From assembly GCA_018436095.1 (NCBI GenBank), contig JAHDMJ010000019.1:3841-67840 (forward strand): a stretch of DNA of 64,000 bases, read 5' to 3'. This document shows positions 54,404 to 63,139 of the stretch, piece by piece. The stretch comes from Clostridia bacterium. Lineage in GTDB: Bacteria > Bacillota > Peptococcia > DRI-13 > UBA5745. The notes beneath the pieces are model-generated. The model searched no databases and was not told the origin of the DNA. It saw nothing but the letters and a program-made list of their open reading frames with translations. The translations under genes and the position numbers were made by a program. Numbering within the stretch: the stretch's first letter is position 1; each line of letters begins with the position of its first letter.

Positions 54404-55603
54404 ATGAACACAAATTGGAAGAAACCATTTTTTATTATATATGCGGGGCAGGCTTTTTCGCTTTTAGGCTCTGCCGCCGTCCAGTTCGCCGTGATTTGGT
54501 GGCTGACGGTGCAAACGGAATCGGCTCTGGTTCTGACCTTATCTACTGTTATCGCCTTCATTCCCAATATGGTAATCGGTCCCTTTGCCGGGGTATGGAT
54601 TGACCGCTACAACCGGCGCAAGGTAATGATGGCCGCCGACGGGTTAGTTGCACTATCCAGCGTTATATTAGGCATCGCTTTTTTGCTGCTGGAGACGCCG
54701 CCCCTTTGGTTCTTGTTTTTTATTCTGTTCCTGCGGGGAGTGGGCAATACGTTTCACGGGCCGGCCATGCAAGCAGCCGTCCCTATGCTGGTGCCTGCTG
54801 AAATGCTGACCAAAGCCGGGGGCTGGGGCAACCTGATTAATTCCATCTCCACTATGCTGGGCCCGGTTTTGGGCGCTGCCCTTATGGGCATGTTCCCCAT
54901 AGCCAGTATTATGCTGGTGGATATTTTGGGCGCGGCCCTGGCTATCTTTTGCCTGCTCTTTGTAGAAATCCCGAACATTCCCCAAAGTGCCGAAAAACCG
55001 GATTTCATTGCAGACTGGAAGCAGGGTTTTGTGGCCATCCGGGAAAACAAGCCGTTGGTGGCCGCTCTGCCTGCCATGCTGCTCTGCAATGTTTTATACA
55101 TGCCCCTGGGCGCCCTTTTTCCGCTTTTGGTCTATTCTCACTTTATGGGCACAGCCTGGCACAACAGCCTCGTTGAATTTGTTTTTGCTGGAGGCCTGCT
55201 GGTTTCCTCCCTGGTTATGGGCGTCTGGGGCGGCATCAAGCGCCGTTTTCTCATGGTAGCCCTGGCTATCGGCGCACTGGGCGCAGCCTCGGCCATCAGC
55301 GGCCTGCTGTCTCCGGTTGGATTTCCCTTCTTTGTCTTTTGCTGCTTTGTGATGGGCTGCACCGGGACTTTTATCAATGTGCCCCTGATGGCCTATACCC
55401 AGGAAACCATTGCGCCGGAAATGATGGGCAAGGTTTTTTCCTTGATGATGACCGGCATGACCCTGGCCATGCCTATAGGGCTTTTGCTGGCCGGGCCGGT
55501 CAGCCAATTCTTTGGCGTAGACCGCTGGTTCTTTTGGTCCGGTATTGCCTTAGCGGCCACAGGGGTCCTCTGCGGCATCATGACCTGGCGTTATGACAGT
55601 TAG
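54404..55603 (+). CDS. MFS transporter (MFS_3/Mef-EntS-like efflux type)
   Basis: NWKKPFFIIYAGQAFSLLGSAAVQFAVIWWL N-terminus, 12 TM helices. ATG 54404 lies 8 nt after AGGAG. Confidence 0.85.
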   Translation: MNTNWKKPFFIIYAGQAFSLLGSAAVQFAVIWWLTVQTESALVLTLSTVIAFIPNMVIGPFAGVWIDRYNRRKVMMAADGLVALSSVILGIAFLLLETPPLWFLFFILFLRGVGNTFHGPAMQAAVPMLVPAEMLTKAGGWGNLINSISTMLGPVLGAALMGMFPIASIMLVDILGAALAIFCLLFVEIPNIPQSAEKPDFIADWKQGFVAIRENKPLVAALPAMLLCNVLYMPLGALFPLLVYSHFMGTAWHNSLVEFVFAGGLLVSSLVMGVWGGIKRRFLMVALAIGALGAASAISGLLSPVGFPFFVFCCFVMGCTGTFINVPLMAYTQETIAPEMMGKVFSLMMTGMTLAMPIGLLLAGPVSQFFGVDRWFFWSGIALAATGVLCGIMTWRYDS

Positions 55604-55665
55604 ATCGGCCGCAAACCGAAAACCATGGGCCGAAGCCGGAAACTTCTAATAAAAAAACTATAGTG

Positions 55666-55703
55666 ACAAAAAGAAGGGGGGTGTCTCATTTGAGGCACCC
55701 CTT
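55666..55703 (-). terminator. Intrinsic terminator of the hydrogenase gene
   Basis: Minus strand reads AAGGGGTG...CACCCCCCTT (one bulged C) followed by cttttt. Confidence 0.6.
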
Positions 55704-55729
55704 AGTGATGAAAATGCAAGTCAATCCTG

Positions 55730-57478
55730 TTAGTACCGATTGCGGATCGTATAGTGAGTGTGGAGAAGTTCATGAGCCTTCTCGCCGTATTTCTCCCCTA
55801 AAAACTCTTCGTAAAGCTTCATTACATCTTTGTTTTCATGGGATTTCCGCTTCGGCTTACCCTGATCCTCCCGATAGATGGCCTCAGCCCGCTTGCGGAT
55901 CAAGTTGACATTGCCGTGATGATAAGGCTGGCCGCCGCCGCCCACGCAGCCGCCGGGGCAGGCCATAATCTCGATGGCATCATACGTTTTCTCGCCGGAA
56001 CGGATGGCTTCCAGCATGCGCCGGGCATTGCCCAGTCCATGGGCCACACCGATGGTGAAATCCTTGCCGCCAATATTTACCTTAGCTTCCCGAATCTGCC
56101 CAAAGCCCCGGAGCTGGGTAAACTCCACTTTTTCCAGAGGCTGGTTGGTCAGCCACTCGTAGGCCGTCCTTAAAGCCGCCTCAATAACGCCGCCGGTGGT
56201 GCCAAAGATAACGCCGGCGCCGGTGGATTCTCCCAAGGGATGATCGAAATCTTCATCCGGCAGATTAACCAGATTAAGACCGGCCTCCCGGGCCATCATA
56301 GCCAATTCTCTGGTGGTAATGACGTAATCCACATTCTGCAGACCGTTATTGGACAGTTCTTCTCTGCCGGACTCATACTTTTTAGCCAGACAGGGCATGA
56401 CGGAAACCACCACAATCTTTTGGGGATCAATGCCGAACTTTTCCGCATAAAACGTTTTGGCAATGGCGCCGAACATTTCATGGGGTGATTTGCAGGTAGA
56501 GGGAATATCCAGCAGGTCCGGGAATTGGTGCTCGAAAAACTTTACCCAGGCCGGGCAGCAACTGGTCAGGATAGGCAGGGTGCCCCCATGCTGAATCCGG
56601 TGAATCATCTCCGAGGCTTCTTCAATAATGGTCAGATCCGCGGCAAAATCCGTATCGAATACCTTGTCAAAACCCAGCCGCCTTAAAAGAGCAACCATCT
56701 TGCCGGTGACAATGGTTCCCGGCTCCATGCCAAATTCTTCGCCCAAGGCCACCCGCACTGCCGGGGCAGTTTGCACCATCACGTATTTGTCAGGATCGTT
56801 GATGGCCTGCCAGACATTTCTTACATTATTAACTTCGGTAAGAGCGCCGGTGGGACAGACGGCCACGCATTGGCCGCAGAAGGTACAGGTGCTTTCTTGT
56901 ATCGGTTTTTCAAAAGCAGGGGCAATGGTGGTGTTGAAGCCCCGGTTAACCGCCGAGATAACGCCGCAGGTCTGCACCTGGTTGCACATGGTTTCACAGC
57001 GCCGGCATAAAACGCACTTGTCGGGGTTTCTCTTGATGGCCCTGCTGGAGTGATCCTTCTCATGGCTGGATTTTTGGCCGGTAAACCTTAAATCCTCTTG
57101 TATGCCCAAATCTGCCGCCAGTTTTTGCAGGTCGCAGCTGCGGTTCTTCTCGCAAGTCAGACATTCAAAAGGATGGTCGGAAAGCAAAAGCTCTACCGTA
57201 GTGCGGCGGGCCAGCACGGCTCTGGGGGTGTTGGTTTTGACCGCCATGCCTTCTGACACCGGCGTACAGCAGGCAGGCACCAGGCTTCTGGCTCCTGCCA
57301 CCTCTACGACGCAGACCCGGCAAACCCCTACCTGATTGACGGCTTTCAGCTCATGGAGATCCAAATGGCAGAGAGTAGGCACATTGACGCCGATACTTCT
57401 GGCTGCCGCTAAAATAGTCATATTTTCCGGAACATTAACACTTTGGCCGTTGATCGTTAAACTTACCGTTTTGCTCAT
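55730..57478 (-). CDS. hydA: Monomeric [FeFe] hydrogenase, CpI-like (M3 architecture)
   Basis: H-cluster motifs TSCCPAW, MPCLAKKYE, EIMACPGGCVGGGGQP. N-terminal 2Fe-2S, His-ligated cluster (HPFECLTCEKNRSC) and two 4Fe-4S ferredoxin motifs (CVLCRRCETMC, CTFCGQCVAVCP). Confidence 0.92.
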   Translation of the reverse strand: MSKTVSLTINGQSVNVPENMTILAAARSIGVNVPTLCHLDLHELKAVNQVGVCRVCVVEVAGARSLVPACCTPVSEGMAVKTNTPRAVLARRTTVELLLSDHPFECLTCEKNRSCDLQKLAADLGIQEDLRFTGQKSSHEKDHSSRAIKRNPDKCVLCRRCETMCNQVQTCGVISAVNRGFNTTIAPAFEKPIQESTCTFCGQCVAVCPTGALTEVNNVRNVWQAINDPDKYVMVQTAPAVRVALGEEFGMEPGTIVTGKMVALLRRLGFDKVFDTDFAADLTIIEEASEMIHRIQHGGTLPILTSCCPAWVKFFEHQFPDLLDIPSTCKSPHEMFGAIAKTFYAEKFGIDPQKIVVVSVMPCLAKKYESGREELSNNGLQNVDYVITTRELAMMAREAGLNLVNLPDEDFDHPLGESTGAGVIFGTTGGVIEAALRTAYEWLTNQPLEKVEFTQLRGFGQIREAKVNIGGKDFTIGVAHGLGNARRMLEAIRSGEKTYDAIEIMACPGGCVGGGGQPYHHGNVNLIRKRAEAIYREDQGKPKRKSHENKDVMKLYEEFLGEKYGEKAHELLHTHYTIRNRY

Positions 57479-57636
57479 GTTTACCCCCTTTTATCCTTCA
57501 TGGCTCAGCACGGATAAATCACAGTATACTTCTATCATAGCCTGACCAGGAATCACTGTCAATAAGAGACATTTTATAAATAAGGCAAAATCTGGGCATA
57601 GTAAAAACAATAATTCAATAAGGAAGGACTATGCCT

Positions 57637-58068
57637 ATGGACGTTAATACCGAACTCCTCAACCAGGTTTATCAAAATTCTCAAATGGGCCAGCTAGCCG
57701 CCAGACAGCTATCTCAACTCATTGACGACCCGGATATGCAGGAGCATCTGGACACCCAGCTTTTGCGCTATGATTATATCAACAATCAGGCTTTACAAAT
57801 GCTGAACGCCGCCGGTCAGGCGGTGGGAAACCTGGTCCTGCCCGAGAAGCCGGCCGCCCAGGCGGCAATGGGCTTAAACCCCTTGACCGGCAATAGAACC
57901 CAGAATGAGGCGGAAGCAATGCTGCAAAACGGCGCCGCCGGCATTGCCTATATCACCAAAAGCATCAATCAATGCAAGGATGCGGATATACCGGTGCTCA
58001 ATCTGGCTAAACAACTCCTTTACACGGAAGAGGTAAATGTAGAGAAACTGAAAAAGTACTTGCACTAG
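57637..58068 (+). CDS. Hypothetical helical protein
   Basis: 143 aa, Gln/Leu-rich and predicted all-helical, no TM segment. ATG 57637 lies 8 nt after GGAAGGA. Confidence 0.5.
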   Translation: MDVNTELLNQVYQNSQMGQLAARQLSQLIDDPDMQEHLDTQLLRYDYINNQALQMLNAAGQAVGNLVLPEKPAAQAAMGLNPLTGNRTQNEAEAMLQNGAAGIAYITKSINQCKDADIPVLNLAKQLLYTEEVNVEKLKKYLH

Positions 58069-58177
58069 CTGGGCCTGTTCATGAGCCCGCCCTGTTTTTC
58101 ACCAGCTTTGCCCCTGTTATTCTCCGAAGACTTCTGCTATAATAGGGTTACTTTGCGGATTTGGAGGTCTTATCACT

Positions 58178-59455
58178 ATGGGCAGCTCAGCCAAAAGCGC
58201 CGGGGCGTCAAAAAGCGGCTATTACAGCTATTTACTGATGTTCGGCCATATCTGTACGGACATCAATCAGGGGGCTTTGCCGGCTATTTTGCCTTTTTTG
58301 GTAGCCAGCAACAATATAGGCTACGCTTCGGCGGCAGGTCTGGTTTTTGCCGCCAATTTCGTTTCTTCCATCGTCCAGCCTCTTTTCGGCTATCTGGGGG
58401 ATAAAGCCTCTTATCCCTGGCTGACCAGCCTGGGTATTATCCTGGCCGGCAGCGGTCTGGCTGCTGTAGGTTTTTTGAATAATTATTGGGCCATCTTCCT
58501 GGCCGTCATGATTTCCGGCCTGGGTATCGCCCTCTTTCATCCGGAGGGCAGCAGAATCGCCAATCTGGCTTCAGGAGAGAAGAAAAGTACCGGCATGAGC
58601 AACTTTGCCGCCGGCGGCAGTATCGGTTTTGCCTTGGGGCCCCTGATCGCTTCTATGGCCCTGACCACTTTCGGTATCAAAGGTACGGCTGTGCTGCTGA
58701 TTCCGGCCTGGGCCATGGCCGCTATTCTCCTTATCTCCTTCCGGCGCCTGCCCATAGCCGAAGCGGAAGCTGCCGCTAAAAGCCTTAATGCCGGCACAAG
58801 CGGCAGCGAAAGCACCTCTGCTGCCAATGGAGCCAAAGATGATTGGCCGGCCTTCGCCAAGCTGTCGGCAGCAGTATTTGCCCGTTCCATTATCACCTAT
58901 GGAATGACCACCTTCATTCCTTTATATTGGGTAGGGGTTTTGATGCAGTCCAGCACTTCCGGCAGCATGAAGCTGACGATTTTCTCCCTGGCAGCGGCCT
59001 GTGCCACCTTAATCGGCGGCCGGCTGGCGGACCGCTATGGTTTTAACAAAATTATCCGTATCGGCTTTACCGCTATGACTCCCTTACTGCTGCTGCTGGC
59101 TTATACAAAAAACGTTTATTTTGCTACTTTTTTGCTGATCCCCATCGCCTTGACCCTTAACGGCCCCTACAGCACTATGGTCACCATGGGCCAGTGCTTC
59201 CTGCCCAATCACATCGGTTTGGCCGGCGGCATCACCCTGGGCCTGGGCGTCAGTGTGGGCGGTATAGCTGTGCCGGCCATCGGCTGGCTGGGTGACCATT
59301 ATGGCCTGTCGGCAGCCATGTACACCATAGCGGCGGTAGGCTTGATTTCCACTATCTTTGCTTATTTCATCCCCCAATATCAGACGGTCAAATGCCAGTC
59401 AACGGTGGCAGCCGCTAAATGCGCCGCCGCCGAATCGGCCTCTGCCGGCAGATAA
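58178..59455 (+). CDS. MFS transporter (Fsr/fosmidomycin-resistance-like)
   Basis: FGHICTDINQGALPAILPFL N-terminal motif, 12 TM helices. Confidence 0.85.
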   Translation: MGSSAKSAGASKSGYYSYLLMFGHICTDINQGALPAILPFLVASNNIGYASAAGLVFAANFVSSIVQPLFGYLGDKASYPWLTSLGIILAGSGLAAVGFLNNYWAIFLAVMISGLGIALFHPEGSRIANLASGEKKSTGMSNFAAGGSIGFALGPLIASMALTTFGIKGTAVLLIPAWAMAAILLISFRRLPIAEAEAAAKSLNAGTSGSESTSAANGAKDDWPAFAKLSAAVFARSIITYGMTTFIPLYWVGVLMQSSTSGSMKLTIFSLAAACATLIGGRLADRYGFNKIIRIGFTAMTPLLLLLAYTKNVYFATFLLIPIALTLNGPYSTMVTMGQCFLPNHIGLAGGITLGLGVSVGGIAVPAIGWLGDHYGLSAAMYTIAAVGLISTIFAYFIPQYQTVKCQSTVAAAKCAAAESASAGR

Positions 59456-59546
59456 CGATAATACAAAAACGATAATGCAAAGCCGAACCAAAAAGCCGCC
59501 GCAAACTGGTCTTATACACCAATTTACGGCGGCTTTCCTGCGGAAC

Positions 59547-60890
59547 TTAAGCAATTTTAACCTTTTGGCGGTTTTCTAAAAATGTCCTGGCTACCGCCGG
59601 AAACATAGCGTAAAGCAGCAAGTCTTCTTCGCTGTCAATCAACTCCCCGGCCTCCTGACGCAAGGCAGGCAGCATCGGCGCCATCGTATCCACACTGCGG
59701 CCTTTGACAGGCTCTTCTCCCCGCAGCACCCGGCTGCTCAGTTCCTGGCTGACCGGGGCAGGGGTCTTGCCGTACATCCCCTTTAAATAGCTTTTAACTT
59801 CACTGGAAACCATAACATACCGGCCGGCCAGTACATTAGTTACCGCCTGCTGGCCTACCATCTGGCTGGTAGGCGTCACCAAAGGCGGATAGCCCAAATC
59901 CTGCCGGACCCGGGGCACTTCATCCAGCACCTCCTGCAGCCGGTCCAATGCCTGCAGCTCCTTTAGCTGGTTGATAAAATTAGACAGCATACCGCCGGGG
60001 ATCTGATATTTCAGCACCTGGGTATCCACCTGGCCGGGGGAAAGGTCTACGGCGCCGTATTTTTTGCGGACTTCCTTGAAGTAGTCATTAATCTCCGCCA
60101 GCAAACCGATATCCAGTCCGGTGTCGTAAGGCGTATCCGCCAGGGCCGCCACCATAGCTTCAGTGGCGGGCTGAGAAGTGGAGAGGGCCATAGAAGAACA
60201 GGCCGTGTCGATGACCGCAGCGCCGGCCTCTATACCCTTTAAATACATCATGGAACCCAGGCCGCTGGTGTAATGGGTATGGAGCTGCACCGGCAGATTC
60301 ACGGCCTCCCTGATATCGGCTACCAACTGATAGCAAACATAAGGAGCACACAAGCCGGCCATGTCTTTAATGCAGATAGAGTCAGCTCCCAGGCCAGCCA
60401 GGGTTTTGCTGAGATTGACAAAATAGTCCAGATCATGAACGGGACTGATGGTAAAGCTGATGGCAGCCTGGACATGGGCCCCTTCTTTCTTGGCTATTTC
60501 CATAGCCTTAGCCACGTTGTCCGGATCATTGAGGGCGTCAAAAATCCGGAAGATATCCACACCATGAGCTACAGCCTTCTTGATGAAGGCTTCCACCACA
60601 TCATCGGTATAATGGCGGTAGCCTACTAAATTTTGGCCCCGCAAAAGCATTTGCACCGGTGTTTTTTTCAGCCGGGCCTTGATCTGGTCCAGCCTGATCC
60701 AAGGATCTTCGTTTAAGAAACGCATACAAGTATCAAAGGTGGCTCCTCCCCACACCTCCAGGGATTGGTAACCTACCTGATCCATCTTCTCCAGAATCGG
60801 CAGCATATCTTCCGTCTTCATCCTAGTGGCCAGCAGCGATTGATGGGCATCCCGCAGCGTCGTATCAGTAATCTTTATCCTTTGTTGCAT
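59547..60890 (-). CDS. Carboxyltransferase (oxaloacetate decarboxylase alpha / transcarboxylase 5S / pyruvate carboxylase B type) lacking a biotinyl domain
   Basis: ITDTTLRDAHQSLLATRM, LEVWGGATFD, HTHYTSG motifs. 447 aa with no C-terminal AMKM biotin motif. Confidence 0.88.
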   Translation of the reverse strand: MQQRIKITDTTLRDAHQSLLATRMKTEDMLPILEKMDQVGYQSLEVWGGATFDTCMRFLNEDPWIRLDQIKARLKKTPVQMLLRGQNLVGYRHYTDDVVEAFIKKAVAHGVDIFRIFDALNDPDNVAKAMEIAKKEGAHVQAAISFTISPVHDLDYFVNLSKTLAGLGADSICIKDMAGLCAPYVCYQLVADIREAVNLPVQLHTHYTSGLGSMMYLKGIEAGAAVIDTACSSMALSTSQPATEAMVAALADTPYDTGLDIGLLAEINDYFKEVRKKYGAVDLSPGQVDTQVLKYQIPGGMLSNFINQLKELQALDRLQEVLDEVPRVRQDLGYPPLVTPTSQMVGQQAVTNVLAGRYVMVSSEVKSYLKGMYGKTPAPVSQELSSRVLRGEEPVKGRSVDTMAPMLPALRQEAGELIDSEEDLLLYAMFPAVARTFLENRQKVKIA

Positions 60891-60933
60891 GTCCAGCCTC
60901 CTGACCTAATTATACGTAAAACATATTATACAG

Positions 60934-60967
60934 CAAAAAAATAGACTCTTAAACGCTTTTAAGAGTC
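60934..60967 (-). terminator. Intrinsic terminator of the small membrane-protein gene
   Basis: 10-bp stem gactcttaaa/tttaagagtc. The minus strand continues into tattttttt. Confidence 0.7.
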
Positions 60968-61018
60968 CGGAAAATGTATACTTTTTATGGTTTTTCTATC
61001 CTAATCCGCAGCATAATC

Positions 61019-61261
61019 CTATTTTTCTTTTTTCCTGTGGCCCGGGGCTTCAATTAGCTGACTCTTTGATCTTTTAAATCCGATAATGATCACAACAATC
61101 AGAAAGATCATGATCAGGGCCAAAACGGCAAAGGCAACCGTAAACAACTTGGAATTGCCGGCATAAGGGACCTGCAGAGTAGGGTTATTAGCGTAAAGGG
61201 CTCCGCTCCAAGAATAGAACAATACCATAACCAAAGTTAGCAATTTAATTATCCTTTTCAT
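61019..61261 (-). CDS. Small exported/membrane-anchored protein
   Basis: 80 aa from ATG 61261 (GGAGG RBS). N-terminal signal-like helix plus a second TM helix (LFTVAFAVLALIMIFLIVVIIIGF) and a basic tail. Confidence 0.5.
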   Translation of the reverse strand: MKRIIKLLTLVMVLFYSWSGALYANNPTLQVPYAGNSKLFTVAFAVLALIMIFLIVVIIIGFKRSKSQLIEAPGHRKKEK

Positions 61262-61412
61262 AGGCTCCTCCTTTACCTTTCGCTTATTATTCCACTCTTT
61301 ATTTCCTTTCATACTTTTATTGTAGAAGTCAATAGTCACATTTCGGTGTTATTTTTTCTATTTTTCTGTAATCTTTGAAAAAGATTTTTTGTTTGTATAA
61401 TTTTTCTCTTGC

Positions 61413-61441
61413 TTGCTTTTTTTAAAAACCTAAGCTATAAT
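61413..61441 (+). promoter_or_regulatory. Sigma-A promoter of the T-box leader
   Basis: TTGCTT (61413-61418), 17 nt, TATAAT (61436-61441). Confidence 0.6.
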
Positions 61442-61447
61442 AGCTAC

Positions 61448-61740
61448 ATTCCTTAAATACGAAATGCAGTGAAAGGGAACGTAGGCTGCAAGCCTTACAG
61501 AGAGCCGGCGGTTGGTGGAAGCCGGCAGTCTTGCAACTGATTCCGCCCTGGAGCAGTCGGCGATGAGCCGTACCGGCAGCGTCCGTTAAGCGCTAAATGA
61601 GGTGGCTTTTTATGGCGGCGATATCGGGTGGGCTTTCTGTTCCCCGGGCAAGGTATTTCTGTTAATAAGGGCAACTTGGGTGGTACCGCGAGCAGACGTC
61701 TCGTCCCAGGATAGAATCCGGGATGTGGGGCGTTTTTTTA
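61448..61740 (+). promoter_or_regulatory. T-box riboswitch leader, probable Ser specifier (UCC)
   Basis: K-turn AGTGA/GGAG, AG-bay AGAGAG, distal loop GGTTGGTGGAA, specifier loop ...ACTGAT-TCC-G (TCC at 61541-61543). T-box AACTTGGGTGGTACCGCGAG at 61673-61692. Terminator CGTCCCA...TGGGGCG plus TTTTTTT at 61702-61739. Confidence 0.85.
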
Positions 61741-61798
61741 TTGCCCAAAAAATCGCCTGCCATCCCTAACCTAAAATAAAAAAAGGGAGGAAAGCCCC

Positions 61799-62953
61799 AT
61801 GAACGACAAGCAATTATTGATGATCCCCGGTCCTACACCCATTCCTCAAAGAGTACTCCATGCCTTAGCCAATCCGGCAGTAGGCCATAGGACACCTGGG
61901 TTTTCCGCCATTATTCGAGAAGTCACCGATAAGGTAAAAAAGATTTACCGGACAGAAAGTGACCTGCTGACCCTTACCTCCTCCGGCAGCGGAGCAATGG
62001 AGGCCGCTGTCAGCAATTTCATTAATCCCGGCGACAAGGTTCTGGTTCTGGAATACGGTAATTTTGCAGAGCGCTGGATTAAAATCGCCAAAACCTATGG
62101 CGCCGACGTTCAGGTTATTGCCGGCCAGTGGGGCCGGCAGGCGGATCCCCAGGCTTTGGCCCAGGCTCTGACTGCCGATACAGCCAAAGAAATCAAGGCG
62201 GTTTACGCCACCCATAATGAAACCTCCACCGGCGTCACCCATGATATCAAAGCCCTGCGGGAGGCTTGCGGCGACCATCCCGCCATCTTCGTGGTGGACG
62301 CCATCAGCGGCATGGCCGTATCCCCTCTGGAAGTAGACGCCTGGAAGCTGGACGTAGTGGTCAGCGGCTCCCAAAAAGCTTTCATGCTGCCGCCGGGTCT
62401 GGCTTTTATCAGCGTCAGTCCCAAGGCCTGGGCTCTCCAGAAGGCTTGCCAAACACCCTCTTTTTATTTTAGTTTGAAAGCGGCCAAAAAGAACCTGGAC
62501 GAAAAAAATACTACGCCTTATACGCCGGCAGCCAGCCTGATTACGGGCCTGCAGGAAAGCCTGCTCATGATGGAGGAGGAGGGACTGGAAAACATTCAGG
62601 CCCGCCACGCCAGATATCGGGAAATGGTCAGAGCTGCCGTCAAGGCTCTGGGCCTGACGCCTCTGGCCGCCGACACAGCCGCCTCCGCCGCCGTCACCGC
62701 TGTGATGAAGCCCGGCGACATCGACGTTAAACAAATCACCAAGATCATGCGGGATAAATATAATGTAGTTATTGCCGCCGGCCAGGGCAAGATGGAAAAA
62801 GAAATTTTCCGCATCGGCCATCTGGGCTATATTACGGAAGCCGATATTTTAGCCACCATTGCCTGCCTGGAAATGACCCTGAAGGGTCTGGGCTGGGATT
62901 GCCCCTTGGGCAAAGGCGTGGCCGCCGTCCAAGAGATCATGTTAAAAGGCTGA
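61799..62953 (+). CDS. Class-V PLP aminotransferase (AGXT/serine-pyruvate type; probable non-canonical phosphoserine aminotransferase)
   Basis: LMIPGPTPIP N-terminus, THNETSTGV, PLP-Lys SGSQKAFMLPPG. Sits in a T-box(Ser)-controlled operon with serA. Confidence 0.85.
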   Translation: MNDKQLLMIPGPTPIPQRVLHALANPAVGHRTPGFSAIIREVTDKVKKIYRTESDLLTLTSSGSGAMEAAVSNFINPGDKVLVLEYGNFAERWIKIAKTYGADVQVIAGQWGRQADPQALAQALTADTAKEIKAVYATHNETSTGVTHDIKALREACGDHPAIFVVDAISGMAVSPLEVDAWKLDVVVSGSQKAFMLPPGLAFISVSPKAWALQKACQTPSFYFSLKAAKKNLDEKNTTPYTPAASLITGLQESLLMMEEEGLENIQARHARYREMVRAAVKALGLTPLAADTAASAAVTAVMKPGDIDVKQITKIMRDKYNVVIAAGQGKMEKEIFRIGHLGYITEADILATIACLEMTLKGLGWDCPLGKGVAAVQEIMLKG

Positions 62954-62971
62954 TTCTAGAGCGGTCTATAA

Positions 62972-63112
62972 AAAGGGAAGGCCTTTGAAAAAGGCCATGT
63001 CAGCCCTGGCGAACGTTCGCAGCCGGCTAAATTTCCTTAACAAATTAATTTAAATTTGGCCGGCGAGAAGTGAGCAGGGCTGATCTGGCCTTTGTTTAAT
63101 ACCTTCCCCCTT
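62972..63112. repeat. Long imperfect inverted repeat (about 65-bp arms) in the aminotransferase-serA intergenic region
   Basis: Pairings: aagggaagg/ccttcccctt, ggccatgtcagccctg/cagggctgatctggcc, gccggctaaattt/aaatttggccggc. Inner elements are GGCCTTT-GAA-AAAGGCC (62980-62996) and GCGAACGTTCGC (63009-63020). Confidence 0.6.
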
Positions 63113-63139
63113 GTTTGCAAGATGAGAGGAGTTTTAATC

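Noticed and set aside
54325-54567. 80-aa minus-strand ORF, and the track start at 54365 for the MFS gene.
   Set aside because: The minus-strand ORF overlaps the MFS start region and has no RBS. ATG 54365 lacks an SD, whereas ATG 54404 has AGGAG at an 8-nt spacing and gives the canonical MFS_3 N-terminus.
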